A stretch of 64,000 nucleotides of DNA. Origin: Anaerolineales bacterium. Lineage in GTDB: Bacteria > Chloroflexota > Anaerolineae > Anaerolineales > E44-bin32. The stretch lies in NCBI GenBank assembly GCA_004376895.1, contig SOIH01000236.1, forward strand, positions 6,452 to 70,451. The letters are read 5' to 3'. Numbering within the stretch: the stretch's first letter is position 1; the number at the start of each line of letters is the position of its first letter. The notes below the pieces were generated by a model, which was given only the letters and a program-made list of their open reading frames with translations, made no database searches and had not been told where the DNA came from. Below, in pieces: positions 46,006 to 55,521 of the stretch. Both the position numbers and the translations under genes were made by a program.

Positions 46006-48387
46006 TTAGTTACGCGGGAATTTTGGCGCTGCGAACCAGGCAACCAAATAGATCAACCCTCCGGTAAAAAGCGTGGCTTGAAATCCCATTGAAAGGGAAA
46101 TCATCGCCGCCAATACACCGCTCACCCCAGATAGTGCACCATTGATTGCCCACGCCCAAGGGATCAGATGTGAGGAATGGTTTTCAAGGTGGGCCAGGCC
46201 CGATACAAAAGGGACACCCATCAGTAAACCCAAAGGGAGAAGAATCACGATAGTGAGCGCAATTCTCCCATAGAGCGGCAGGGGCAGGATCCACTGAACA
46301 AAGTCGGGTAAAGCGATCGTCAATGAAGAGATAATCAGGATCAATATAAGCAATGCGGGGCGTAGCGATAATCGCGGGGAGAGCAGGCTGCCCAAACCTG
46401 AGGCGAGGAGCAGAATGAAGAGAACCGTCGCCAGTGCTAGCGCGGGCTGATCGAGCGGCAATCCCAAGCTCTGGATCAGGGGGATTTCGATCAACAGATA
46501 ACCGGCACCCAGGCTGCCAAAATAGAGGAGCATTGAGGCACGGGGAACAGCAGCGGTAGATCGTCGACGGAGGATGTAAAGCGGAGCGAGGACCAGAGGG
46601 ATGCCAAGGAGAATCATGAACACCAGCAAGCCAAGCAGTACGAAGTAACCGCTTCCCCCGAAGGGCTGCCAGATTTTCCCAAGGGTAGCGAGAACATCCG
46701 ATGTTTGACGCCACCGAAAGAAATGGAAGAAGTAAGGCTGGGTGTCGCGCGGAGGTGTGAGATTAAACGGGTAATTGCGGATTGTTGTTTCGTGCTTCTC
46801 CAGTAGATTTGTATAAAGCTGGTGGTAAACAGGCTCTGGTAGGACGTTGTGGCGATTGACCTCATCGGTTTCCAGGTTTGGGAGGACGAGGGCGTCAAAC
46901 CCATTCTCTTGTAGAAAATTACGCACCACAGCGAGCTCATTGTCTGTAAAGGGTCTTCGGCTGGCAATCATCGTCGCCGTCCTCATCCCGCGATAGGCGA
47001 TGGTATGCGACTGGATGTCGGATACTCTCATCTCGCGAAGTGCGGCAATCATCGTGGACCATGCTCGGGCGGATTCGCTGGGTGGTGTCTCAACCCAGCG
47101 TGTGATTACGAGCAACCCATCATTCGAGAGGCGGTTCCAGGCCTGGATGACCGATTCCTTTGTGAGCAGGAAATTCTCGGAAAGACTGAAGGCACCTGAG
47201 GTCACAGGATGGAAGCTATCGCTTAACGCAAACTCGATCACTGCGTAGCGCTTATCGGGAAGGCTGAGCAAACCCCTGCTGGAGCGTGGGCTAACGGCCA
47301 GGCGAGGGTGGCTGTAAAGCCCCTGACTGTACCCCAAATAGGTGCTTTCAAGGACTTCGGTTACGAGAGGGTTATCTGTTGGTATGGTGACGTGCTCTGC
47401 ACCTGATGCCAACGCCAGGAGAGGGCTGAGCCCGGCGCCGGGGTTGAGAATCAGAGTAGCCCCATGCGGCCGGAGAATGTAGGCGAGGGTGCTTGGCATG
47501 TGGGATGCCAGGTTGTGTAATGCTGGGTCATCCGCTGAAAGATTCGTGATCGGCTGTGGTCCTTCACCGTCCACAAATAAGCCGGCTTGAACGGGAAGTT
47601 CGCCCGATGCGCTCAAGCTGAGACCTGGAAACACATGAATGCTCCCACTCTCGATCACGTCGACGCGGGAAGATGCGCTCCAGCGCGAGAATGTGAGCTC
47701 CGCGTCAGGTACAAGCCTGATTGTTGACAGCGGTTTGTATGGCGAGAGTTGCAGCCGGAGCCAATGTGGTGCGAGCATGAAAATAAACAAGGTAAGGGAT
47801 CCGAGCGCCAGGAGACCTGCACGGGCAGGAGGGCGCGCGCTGAATACTGCAGCGGCGAACAGTCCGAGTGCGATTGACAGACCGATTGCCCCCTCCCCGC
47901 CGAGTAACTCCATCCCTACCAACGCCATGAGACAACCTGCGCCGGAGCCGATCATGCTGGCGGCATAAAGGCGATGGGATTCGCCGCTGGCGTTGGCAAG
48001 TGCCGCGCCGACAGCCCAGCCAGTGAAGAGAAAGGGGCCTCCCGAAGCCAGGAAGTACAGGAGCAGGATCCAGACCTGTTGCCTATCCCAGGCGATGCTG
48101 TAAGAGTCGAAGGGCAGGAGATTGATGATCAGGTACGCGAGCAGCACAGCCCCGGAATATCCCAACGCCAGGAGAGATGCCGGGGGTGACGACGGCCGGA
48201 TGGCGATAAGGAATCCGCTCGCAGCGATTCCCATGACAGCCATCCCGACGACCAGGAAAGCAAAGTGGTGGAACTGCTGAACGGCGAAAATGCGGGTTAG
48301 GCTGATCTCATAAACCAGACTGCCGGCAGAGATGAGCATCAGTCCCAACGAGTATCTGTATCCAGATCGACGCTTTGAGGCGTCCAT
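46006..48387 (-). CDS. Spermidine-synthase-like domain flanked by polytopic membrane regions
   Basis: The N-terminus LISAGSLVYEISLTRIFAVQQFHHFAFLVVGMAVMG is typical of membrane-fused spermine/spermidine-synthase-family proteins. There is a central soluble MTase-like segment and a C-terminal multi-TM region. Confidence 0.65.
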   Translation of the reverse strand: MDASKRRSGYRYSLGLMLISAGSLVYEISLTRIFAVQQFHHFAFLVVGMAVMGIAASGFLIAIRPSSPPASLLALGYSGAVLLAYLIINLLPFDSYSIAWDRQQVWILLLYFLASGGPFLFTGWAVGAALANASGESHRLYAASMIGSGAGCLMALVGMELLGGEGAIGLSIALGLFAAAVFSARPPARAGLLALGSLTLFIFMLAPHWLRLQLSPYKPLSTIRLVPDAELTFSRWSASSRVDVIESGSIHVFPGLSLSASGELPVQAGLFVDGEGPQPITNLSADDPALHNLASHMPSTLAYILRPHGATLILNPGAGLSPLLALASGAEHVTIPTDNPLVTEVLESTYLGYSQGLYSHPRLAVSPRSSRGLLSLPDKRYAVIEFALSDSFHPVTSGAFSLSENFLLTKESVIQAWNRLSNDGLLVITRWVETPPSESARAWSTMIAALREMRVSDIQSHTIAYRGMRTATMIASRRPFTDNELAVVRNFLQENGFDALVLPNLETDEVNRHNVLPEPVYHQLYTNLLEKHETTIRNYPFNLTPPRDTQPYFFHFFRWRQTSDVLATLGKIWQPFGGSGYFVLLGLLVFMILLGIPLVLAPLYILRRRSTAAVPRASMLLYFGSLGAGYLLIEIPLIQSLGLPLDQPALALATVLFILLLASGLGSLLSPRLSLRPALLILILIISSLTIALPDFVQWILPLPLYGRIALTIVILLPLGLLMGVPFVSGLAHLENHSSHLIPWAWAINGALSGVSGVLAAMISLSMGFQATLFTGGLIYLVAWFAAPKFPRN

Positions 48388-48667
48388 TATGCATTAGATT
48401 GTACAGTCAGATGAGGAGGATTCAAAAGTGACGCGGGTAAAATAGGGTGTGATCAATTTTCCCGCACGCTGATGCGCGAGAAGATTATTATTAATTGAAG
48501 GGAAGCAAGTCAGAGGCTCACATTGGTGAATGTAAACCCTGTACAATGGAAGCGCAGGGATTGAGAATTACTTGATAAAGGGCGTCCGATAAACTCTGGA
48601 GAAATACGACGATCTCGCTTTAGCAGCTATTAACTTTGCAGAGATCGCAGAAGGAATTAATTTTCGC

Positions 48668-49636
48668 ATGCAGCGCCGAATGTTCATTGTTTACTTTATC
48701 CTTCCACTGGTATTCGCCGTGAGCCAAACCGCCTGTCAGCGAACACCTCCTACATTAACAGATGGTTTAGATGCGAACGGACCTGTGACGCATCATCTGA
48801 CTCCTTCCCCGACCGCGGGCGTCGAGGACTGCACAGATTTAGTACGAGATGTGAACCCCGGGTGTGTGCCCCCCACATCCACAGAGTTCGTGACCATACC
48901 AAACGAGCTTACTCCAAATGCTTGTACAGAGAGTTCGGTGCGTCTGGAGCACACCAGCTATCGCGGATGGTTAACCCCTGACTTGGTCCCGGTTCTTATC
49001 TATCTTCCACCCTGCTACGACGATCTGGATCGGCGTTACCCGGTTCTTTATCTTCTCCACGGAAAACCTCAAGGAGAGAATCACTGGCAGATCCTTGGCG
49101 TTGAAGCTGCATTGGAGGATGCTTATGGGGATGACACACTACCTCCGTTTTTGATAGTCATGCCCCGACAACCCGAGCCAATGTTTAGCAGCACAGACGG
49201 TGGACCTGGCTCTTATGAGGCAGAATTCATCAACGGTTTAGTGCCCTTCATCGATCGAACCTATCGAACTATTGCACAGGGGGATAGTCGGGGATTGGCG
49301 GGTGTATCCCGCGGGGGTGTATGGGCGCTAGAAATTGGCTTCCGAAATGCTGACATCATCCAGCGCGTCGGAGCACTCAGCCCGGCGCTGAATGTGAATT
49401 ACGCCCGCCCCGAATATGATCCCTTCAGTCTAGTACTTCTTGGAGACCTGCCGTCGAAGATATTTCTCATGTCCGGTGATACGGATTCCGCGTTTGAGAA
49501 AACTCTTGAGCTGAGCGAGGCTCTCCGCGAGACGGATATTGAGCATAAGTACGTATTGGCATCCGGGAACCATGAGTCTAGCACTTGGCGTGGGATCGTT
49601 CCTGAATTGCTCCACTACCTAGCCGTCGATTGGTGA
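48668..49636 (+). CDS. Secreted esterase-family (PF00756-like) alpha/beta hydrolase
   Basis: Signal peptide, YPVLYLLHG, and nucleophile-elbow-like LAGVSRGG. Confidence 0.7.
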   Translation: MQRRMFIVYFILPLVFAVSQTACQRTPPTLTDGLDANGPVTHHLTPSPTAGVEDCTDLVRDVNPGCVPPTSTEFVTIPNELTPNACTESSVRLEHTSYRGWLTPDLVPVLIYLPPCYDDLDRRYPVLYLLHGKPQGENHWQILGVEAALEDAYGDDTLPPFLIVMPRQPEPMFSSTDGGPGSYEAEFINGLVPFIDRTYRTIAQGDSRGLAGVSRGGVWALEIGFRNADIIQRVGALSPALNVNYARPEYDPFSLVLLGDLPSKIFLMSGDTDSAFEKTLELSEALRETDIEHKYVLASGNHESSTWRGIVPELLHYLAVDW

Positions 49637-49878
49637 GCCATTTGAATCCTCAAGTAGGTCGGTATGTCTATTGCTTATAGGGAAGAGTTATTGTAGGTGG
49701 GACTAGTTCTCCTGAAATTGGTCATCCTGCCAGTGGCAGCAAAGGTTGAACAGATGGATTTCACATTGATTTGATCACACTGTCGTGAGATATTTAAGGT
49801 CTAATTTGAAATACATTCTTGGCAAAAGCTCGAGTATATTCGCAAATTGCGTAGAAAGACGAGCACAAGAGTAGATTG

Positions 49879-50388
49879 ATGTTCAAGATAATAAGAACCT
49901 GTCTGATCCTCATCCTGGTAACACTCTTACTTCTGGCAGTACCTGCCGCAGTTGTAACTGGCAAAGATGTTTGGAGCACAGTCGAACTCTATCTGCGGGT
50001 CGAATCAGAGTTGCTCATGCCTACCGAAACAGGTCGCTACTACCGCGAAATATTCTGGACCCACAACGACGAGTTGATTGATTTAGCCTTCGCCTATCCG
50101 AACTTCTGGAACGAATCTTTCAATTTGATTTCCACCTTCGATGTGGGCTTTGAGGCACTCCTGAATGGTCGCGGGAGTGAGGTCGTCATCACCGCCGAAC
50201 AGATCGCCGTGGCCGAAGATTACTACACACTCTTGATGGAGATAGGTAGCCCTGCTTTGCAGCGAACGCTTCAAGAGGAATCAACCAGATACCCGCTTCG
50301 GAGCTTCATCGGATTGACGATGGAGGAATCCGCCACGCGTGTCCTGGGACCGCAAACCATCCCCCTCCCCACACCCAATCCAGAATAA
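49879..50388 (+). CDS. Hypothetical secreted/membrane-anchored protein
   Basis: N-terminal hydrophobic signal (LILILVTLLLLAVPAAVV). No recognisable family. Confidence 0.5.
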   Translation: MFKIIRTCLILILVTLLLLAVPAAVVTGKDVWSTVELYLRVESELLMPTETGRYYREIFWTHNDELIDLAFAYPNFWNESFNLISTFDVGFEALLNGRGSEVVITAEQIAVAEDYYTLLMEIGSPALQRTLQEESTRYPLRSFIGLTMEESATRVLGPQTIPLPTPNPE

Positions 50389-50389
50389 A

Positions 50390-50718
50390 GGTCGCCCAAT
50401 CGCTTAGTGAGAATATGGCCGCAGCCTGCTCGGTTGCCTGTGCGCTGCTGGCTTGCGACCATAGAACAGGTCATCATGCCAAAGCGCTGCTTGGTGAAAA
50501 AAAAGTGGGACCGTCGGATGTCGCGATCGATGAGAAGAATAATCTATCCTTTCCGCTAGGCACACGTATTATCTTCCCTGACTTGTTTTCGCCGGCGAGT
50601 ATCTTTGGCGCCATTTGCAGTCCCCGGACTCCAAAGAGGGATGAATAGGAACTAGAGCAATCGATTGCGCATTGCCAACGCTGGATTGAACTTTTTGTGT
50701 GTATTTTTCAAGATTCAT
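50390..50718 (-). pseudogene. Decayed N-terminal remnant of a ClpB/Clp_N-type chaperone gene
   Basis: The ATG at 50718 gives MNLEKYTQKVQSSVGNAQSIAL, which resembles ClpB N-termini (M-N-L/F-E-K/R-F/Y-T-x-K-x-Q-x-x-x-x-x-A-Q-x-L-A). The frame then breaks after 49 codons. Other frames show weak ClpB-N-like strings (IRVPSG..., FFSPSSAL). Only about 330 nt remain before the neighbouring gene. Confidence 0.35.
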
Positions 50719-50976
50719 CGAATTACCACGCCAATACTTCCCACAGATTTTGGTCAATTAATCCATGGTTCAGTGCAGCCAACCCGATGATAAAAAACCA
50801 GAAAACGACAGATGTATCTTCATTCTATTGGCGTAGTGTAAAAGTGAGGTTTATTGGGTATTAACATGAGATTTGAGCGGTAGTTAACGGAATTCATATA
50901 TCTCGTATGTAAACATCTGATGATAGGCGGGTATCCTAATAAGCGTAATCTGTATACCTATAAAGGAGTGTTGGTA

Positions 50977-51372
50977 ATGAGTTACTACATGGTTCCACAA
51001 AGGCATCGCAGGATGCACCGTCATCACCCCGTTGGTTTCAATGGTGGCTGCCGGCTACCGGTAGATGTCCATGCCAATAGTGATGAGTATGTGATCACTG
51101 CTAACGTGCCCGGCCTGAAAGCTGACGACCTGCAAATTGAAATTATCGAAGATGTCGTCACCTTACGCGGTGAAGTTAAGGAAGAGGAGAACGGACAAGA
51201 GGATGTCCTATTGCGTGAACTGCATCGTGGTTCTTACGAGCGCAGACTACGTCTCCCCGACCTGCTTGACGCCGATAAGGCTGAGGCAGCAATTGAAGAT
51301 GGCGTGCTTATGCTGCGTATCCCCAAGTCGGAGGATTCTCGACCGAAGAAGGTCGAGGTTAAATCCCGATAA
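50977..51372 (+). CDS. Hsp20/alpha-crystallin small heat-shock protein
   Basis: PVDVHANSDEYVITANVPGLKADDLQIEI...LRGE...ERRLRLP...AAIEDGVLMLRIPK. AAAGGAG RBS precedes the ATG at 50977. Confidence 0.9.
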   Translation: MSYYMVPQRHRRMHRHHPVGFNGGCRLPVDVHANSDEYVITANVPGLKADDLQIEIIEDVVTLRGEVKEEENGQEDVLLRELHRGSYERRLRLPDLLDADKAEAAIEDGVLMLRIPKSEDSRPKKVEVKSR

Positions 51373-51394
51373 AGCGGTATAAAATTAGTGAGGT

Positions 51395-51422
51395 ACAATG
51401 GGCGGCGGATGCCGTCCATTGT
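51395..51422 (+). terminator. Stable hairpin after hsp20 without a U-tract
   Basis: ACAATGGGCGGC GGAT GCCGTCCATTGT forms a 12-bp stem (one G-T pair). No T-run follows, so its function as a terminator is uncertain. Confidence 0.35.
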
Positions 51423-51577
51423 GCATTAACAGGATTTGGGGAGCAGAAACAACCCCATCCCGGAGATGATTGGATCCCGTTCATCTACCTTGATAAACAG
51501 CAACATGATCACGATCGATTGAATAAACGCTTATCTCCCAGCACTAGATTTATATACTGTTGTGAGGATGGAAGATT

Positions 51578-52327
51578 ATGGAAAAGTCTGAGAGCAACGC
51601 ATCAAGCAGAAAAATAGCCACAAGCAACCCTTTTGCTAGAGCGTTAAAGGTGCTTCTGCGCCTGTTCGTCTCAATCGTGATAGGGCTTTCGATCGGATTG
51701 GGGCTTTATTTTGGTGGGAAAACTCTCTACCAGCTTGCAGTTGGACCCGGTCCATCTTACGATCAAAATATACAGGATATGCAAGAAGAATTTGTACAGT
51801 TGCGATTAGACTTAGCAGAAAGAGATCTGGAAATTGATGAACAGCAGTCCGAACTTGAGAGTCTGGTGAATGACAGTGTAGATAAAATTGCAGCTCAATC
51901 TGAGGTGATAGACGAGCAGATGACTGTTCTAGCGGCCGAAATAGCGGCATTAACGGATCGCTTGGACACACTTGAAATGACGCTCTCTGAAGTGGGTCAG
52001 CCCGTTGATGAGATGCAAGGTCAGCTTCAATTGATCCGGGCGATGATCCTTCTTTCGCGGGCGCAATTTTGGCTGTCTGAAGCAAATTTGGGGCAGGCAG
52101 GTGAAGATGTGGCATCCGCACGTGCGATGATTGAAGCTCAAGCGGAGAAATGGCGTGGAGAGGCAGAAAACGAAGATAGGATTACGGTTCTCGATGAGGT
52201 TGTGGATCGATTGGACATCGCTCTTGAGGATATCCGCACGCAACCATCTATCGCCGAGGACGAAATAGAGATCGCATGGAAGCTATTGATCGCAGTGACA
52301 GACCCCGATAATCTTAGCGCAGATTAA
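51578..52327 (+). CDS. Single-pass membrane coiled-coil protein (HemX-like topology)
   Basis: Basic N-terminal tail, one TM helix, long acidic coiled coil, and LLSRAQFWLSEANLGQAGEDVASARAMI. Same architecture as the next gene. Confidence 0.6.
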   Translation: MEKSESNASSRKIATSNPFARALKVLLRLFVSIVIGLSIGLGLYFGGKTLYQLAVGPGPSYDQNIQDMQEEFVQLRLDLAERDLEIDEQQSELESLVNDSVDKIAAQSEVIDEQMTVLAAEIAALTDRLDTLEMTLSEVGQPVDEMQGQLQLIRAMILLSRAQFWLSEANLGQAGEDVASARAMIEAQAEKWRGEAENEDRITVLDEVVDRLDIALEDIRTQPSIAEDEIEIAWKLLIAVTDPDNLSAD

Positions 52328-52360
52328 TATGCCGAGAATGAGGGCAAGAGGAGAGCTTAG

Positions 52361-53029
52361 ATGAATGAAGAAGAGACCCAGGCTAGCGACGAAACCCAGG
52401 CTAACGACGAACTCGAGATCAAGATAGAGGCACCAGACGTCGAAGCCGCGGAAGCCGAGAAGCCTGTAACGGAAACGAAGCAGGAAATATTCGAAGACGA
52501 CGAAATCCCATTGGAGCCGGTTAAGCCAAAGCGCCGTTTGAGACGATTCCTGTTTTGGATGCTTTGCGTCACCGGCGTATTCGCGCTGGGCCTGGTGGCG
52601 ATGTGGTTCGTTCGGGCAGGCCCGTTGTCCACCGAGTTTGAGAAGGCGCGCGTTGAAATCGAGTCGTTGGAATCCGAACTTAAGGACCTGAGGCCGTTGC
52701 AGGCGGAGAATGCGCAATTATCGGATGCGCTTGAGACAAGCGAGTCGCAACTGCAGCTTCTCAGTGTTTTGGTCGATGTGACTTCAGCGCAGCTTGCTCT
52801 GGCCCAGGAGGATGAGATCGCGGCCAAAGCCGCTCTTGCAGGAACCAGGGCTAGTTTATTAGAGCTTGAGGAAAAACTCAGCGCTGCGGATGCTGAAATA
52901 GTGCGGGAATTGATCGATCGCCTTGAACTCGTTCAAAAAGAAGTTGACACTGATGAGTTCGCTGCGAGTCGCGATCTGGAAATCCTGGCGAACAATCTTC
53001 TTTCACTTGAACGATCGTTGTTTAGATAA
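52361..53029 (+). CDS. Single-pass membrane coiled-coil protein (paralogous architecture)
   Basis: Acidic N-terminus, one TM helix, coiled coil, and LLSVLVDVTSAQLALAQEDEIAAKAAL. Confidence 0.6.
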   Translation: MNEEETQASDETQANDELEIKIEAPDVEAAEAEKPVTETKQEIFEDDEIPLEPVKPKRRLRRFLFWMLCVTGVFALGLVAMWFVRAGPLSTEFEKARVEIESLESELKDLRPLQAENAQLSDALETSESQLQLLSVLVDVTSAQLALAQEDEIAAKAALAGTRASLLELEEKLSAADAEIVRELIDRLELVQKEVDTDEFAASRDLEILANNLLSLERSLFR

Positions 53030-53050
53030 TAACCATCAGCGAAACAAACG

Positions 53051-53088
53051 AACGGCTCCCGGCATCATGTTGGTTGGGAGCCGTTTTT
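53051..53088. terminator. Bidirectional terminator between the coiled-coil gene (+) and htrA (-)
   Basis: 10-bp stem AACGGCTCCC / GGGAGCCGTT, a T-run downstream on +, and an A-rich tract GAAACAAACG upstream (T-rich on -). Confidence 0.75.
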
Positions 53089-53093
53089 GTTTA

Positions 53094-54299
53094 TTATGGG
53101 CGGGCTCCGATGGTTAGCGTGATGTTCATCTCCTTATTGTCGCGAATCACTGTTAATTCAACATCTTGCCCCACTTCAGTGTGCTTGAAAAGATAAGACA
53201 ACATGTCATCGAACTGACGAATGATTTGCCCATCGATCGCGATGAGCAAATCGCCACCAGCTAAGAGTCCAGGGATGGATGTCTCCTTACTTCCGCCGCG
53301 CAATCCGGCAGCGTTAGCAGGTCCGCCAGGGACGACTTCTGTGATATATGCGCCGAACACATTGGAGCCGAAGCCCAGAGCTTCAATTACTTTTAAATTC
53401 CAAAGCTGATCGTTCAGGCTGGAGATCCCAAGGTAGGGGTAGTCATAGTGGCCGCCCTGGATGATTGCCGGTGCAACGCGCCGAAGAATGTTCACCGGGA
53501 TGGAAAAGCCCACGCCTGAGTTGGCGGCGCTCCCATCAACCGTGAAAGTCTCGGTATGTATAGCTCGGTTTATTCCAATAACCTGACCGCTGAGGTTCAG
53601 GAGTGGACCTCCAGAGTTGCCGGGGTTGATCGCCGCGTCAGTCTGGATCAGGTCTCCGGCTGAGAATCGGATTCCCTCGGGTGTCAGGTGCTCCGACTCA
53701 AGTGAACGTCCAATGGCGGACACAATGCCGACCGTCATCGTGCCGCGCAGACCGAAAGGGTTTCCGATTGCAACGACAAATTCTCCCACCTTTACTTCGT
53801 CTGAATCCCCCAGGGGAAGCGGGAAAAGATAGGTCTCGGGAACATCAACTTTCAATACGGCAAGGTCAGAGTCGGGGTCGACACCAACCAATTCGGCCCA
53901 TACCTTCATACCGGAGGTGAAGTCAACTTCAATCGCATCTGCTCCGGCAACAACATGCTGGTTGGTGATAATATGTCCTTCGCGATCGATTACGAATCCT
54001 GAGCCCTGCCCGCGAGGAATCGTGACTTCATGAGGAGCATCAATCTCCTCGAAAACCCAGATCGTTACCACGCCCGGGTTAACTCGTTCATAGAGTCCGA
54101 TTAGGTCGCCGCCGGTGATTGATGTTCCGCCAGCTATGACCGGCTCCGTTGCTGCTCCCTCCAATGGGGCAGCAACCGGGAGTAATGGTGCGGGGAGGGG
54201 AGTCGGCTCGGGTTGTAGGGGTGGGATGAGTTGAAAACTGCAAGCCAGGATTGAAAGACTCATTGTTACTGCGACAGTCAGGAGTATTCGCGTCTTCAT
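53094..54299 (-). CDS. htrA: HtrA/DegP-family serine protease with PDZ domain
   Basis: Signal/lipobox-like LSILAC, His motif ITNQHVV, Ser motif GNSGGPLLN, and a C-terminal PDZ. The ATG at 54299 has GAGG upstream. Confidence 0.9.
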   Translation of the reverse strand: MKTRILLTVAVTMSLSILACSFQLIPPLQPEPTPLPAPLLPVAAPLEGAATEPVIAGGTSITGGDLIGLYERVNPGVVTIWVFEEIDAPHEVTIPRGQGSGFVIDREGHIITNQHVVAGADAIEVDFTSGMKVWAELVGVDPDSDLAVLKVDVPETYLFPLPLGDSDEVKVGEFVVAIGNPFGLRGTMTVGIVSAIGRSLESEHLTPEGIRFSAGDLIQTDAAINPGNSGGPLLNLSGQVIGINRAIHTETFTVDGSAANSGVGFSIPVNILRRVAPAIIQGGHYDYPYLGISSLNDQLWNLKVIEALGFGSNVFGAYITEVVPGGPANAAGLRGGSKETSIPGLLAGGDLLIAIDGQIIRQFDDMLSYLFKHTEVGQDVELTVIRDNKEMNITLTIGARP

Positions 54300-54443
54300 T
54301 GCTACCTCGTCCTGTATTTGCACACCGTCCACCTAATTGTGTGGATGACGAATGCAAATTGAGATTAAGTTGATACCCAGCCAACTTAAGTGGATGGCGT
54401 AACTATTAAAAATATTACGAAGGCGACCGTTGCTGCATTCGCA

Positions 54444-55364
54444 TTAGGATTCCTGCGGATTGGCAAGTTCCTCGAAGAGTTCTCTCTCGCGTGGATTAAG
54501 ATCACGCGGCAGGGTGATGTCCAGTCGTACATATAGATCGCCCCGCTTATCTTTATTTCGAAGATTGGGCAAACCGCGCCCTTTCAAGCGGAAGCTTTGA
54601 TCAGGTTGACTGCCCGATGGGATGGTCAATACGATGTTGCCGGATAGTGTGGGAACTTCGACTTCTCCACCGAGAACAGCGCTGTAAAGATCCACTTCCA
54701 CCTTTGTGTAGAGATCATCTTTCTTGCGTTTGAAGCGGGTATCGGGCTCGACGTTAATTACAAGAAACAGATCGCCAGACTTCTGTGCGCCGGCCTCGCC
54801 TAGTCCGCTTACGCGCACCTTTGTACCTGTCCGGGCGCCTGGCGGGATGGTTATCTCGATTTTTTTTCCGTTGATGGTTAATACGCGTGTTGTCCCTGTA
54901 TTGACCTCGCCGAGTGTAATCGTGACGGGCTGCTTGATATCGCGTCCGCGTCTGCGACCCTGTGTGCGATATCCCTGTTGTTGAGTGCCCATCCCACCAA
55001 AGATGGCAGAAAAGAAGTCGGAAAAGTCTCCAAAGGCATTGCCGATATCTCCAATATCAACTCGCACGCCTCCCCCTTGTCCTCCCGACATCCATTCAGA
55101 CCAATCGTAAGCCCCCCTCTTGCTACCGGTCCGTTCCCATGCTTGATAAGAAGAGCCCAATTGGTCATACTTCGTACGCTTAGTAGAGTCGCCCAATACT
55201 TCGTAAGCTTCGTTAATCTCCTTAAAGCGCTCCTCAGCTTGGTTGTCACCAGGGTTTTTGTCGGGGTGGAACTTAAGCGCGAGTTTTCGATAAACACGCT
55301 TGATTTCATCACTACTCGCAGAACGATCGACCCCTAATACTTTGTAGTAGTCCTTGTATTCCAT
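54444..55364 (-). CDS. DnaJ-class co-chaperone without zinc finger (CbpA-like)
   Basis: J domain [34 protein letters not shown]-rich region, and two C-terminal beta-domains with no CxxCxGxG repeats. Confidence 0.85.
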   Translation of the reverse strand: MEYKDYYKVLGVDRSASSDEIKRVYRKLALKFHPDKNPGDNQAEERFKEINEAYEVLGDSTKRTKYDQLGSSYQAWERTGSKRGAYDWSEWMSGGQGGGVRVDIGDIGNAFGDFSDFFSAIFGGMGTQQQGYRTQGRRRGRDIKQPVTITLGEVNTGTTRVLTINGKKIEITIPPGARTGTKVRVSGLGEAGAQKSGDLFLVINVEPDTRFKRKKDDLYTKVEVDLYSAVLGGEVEVPTLSGNIVLTIPSGSQPDQSFRLKGRGLPNLRNKDKRGDLYVRLDITLPRDLNPRERELFEELANPQES

Positions 55365-55385
55365 ACCTGCCCATCCTATATATTG

Positions 55386-55415
55386 ATTCTAAACGGGCGC
55401 TAGAAAGCGAGTCAA
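55386..55415 (-). promoter_or_regulatory. Promoter of the cbpA-like/htrA operon (TTGACT-18-TAGAAT)
   Basis: Minus-strand TTGACT at 55415-55410 and TAGAAT at 55391-55386. A short TTCTA/TAGAA inverted repeat lies in and around the spacer. Confidence 0.5.
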
Positions 55416-55506
55416 GAACCCCCGGAGTTTCTAAGGTGATTCTAATTATCCTGTAAAGGAAGAGTGGATCCTGTTCCTTGGGGCTATGCGCGCCTACAGA
55501 TTTCCA

Positions 55507-55515
55507 TGCTATCAT
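55507..55515 (+). promoter_or_regulatory. Extended -10 (TGCTATCAT) 6 nt before the ATG of the REC-GAF gene
   Basis: TATCAT at 55510-55515, ATG at 55522. Confidence 0.45.
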
Positions 55516-55521
55516 ACTTTC

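Noticed and set aside
50719-50976. CIRCE (HrcA), HAIR (HspR) or ROSE-like heat-shock control elements upstream of hsp20; the cbpA upstream region at 55365-55440 was also checked.
   Set aside because: No TTAGCACTC-N9-GAGTGCTAA or CTTGAGT-N7-ACTCAAG inverted repeat is present. Only a half-site-like CTTGACT occurs, and that is better explained as the -35 of the cbpA promoter.
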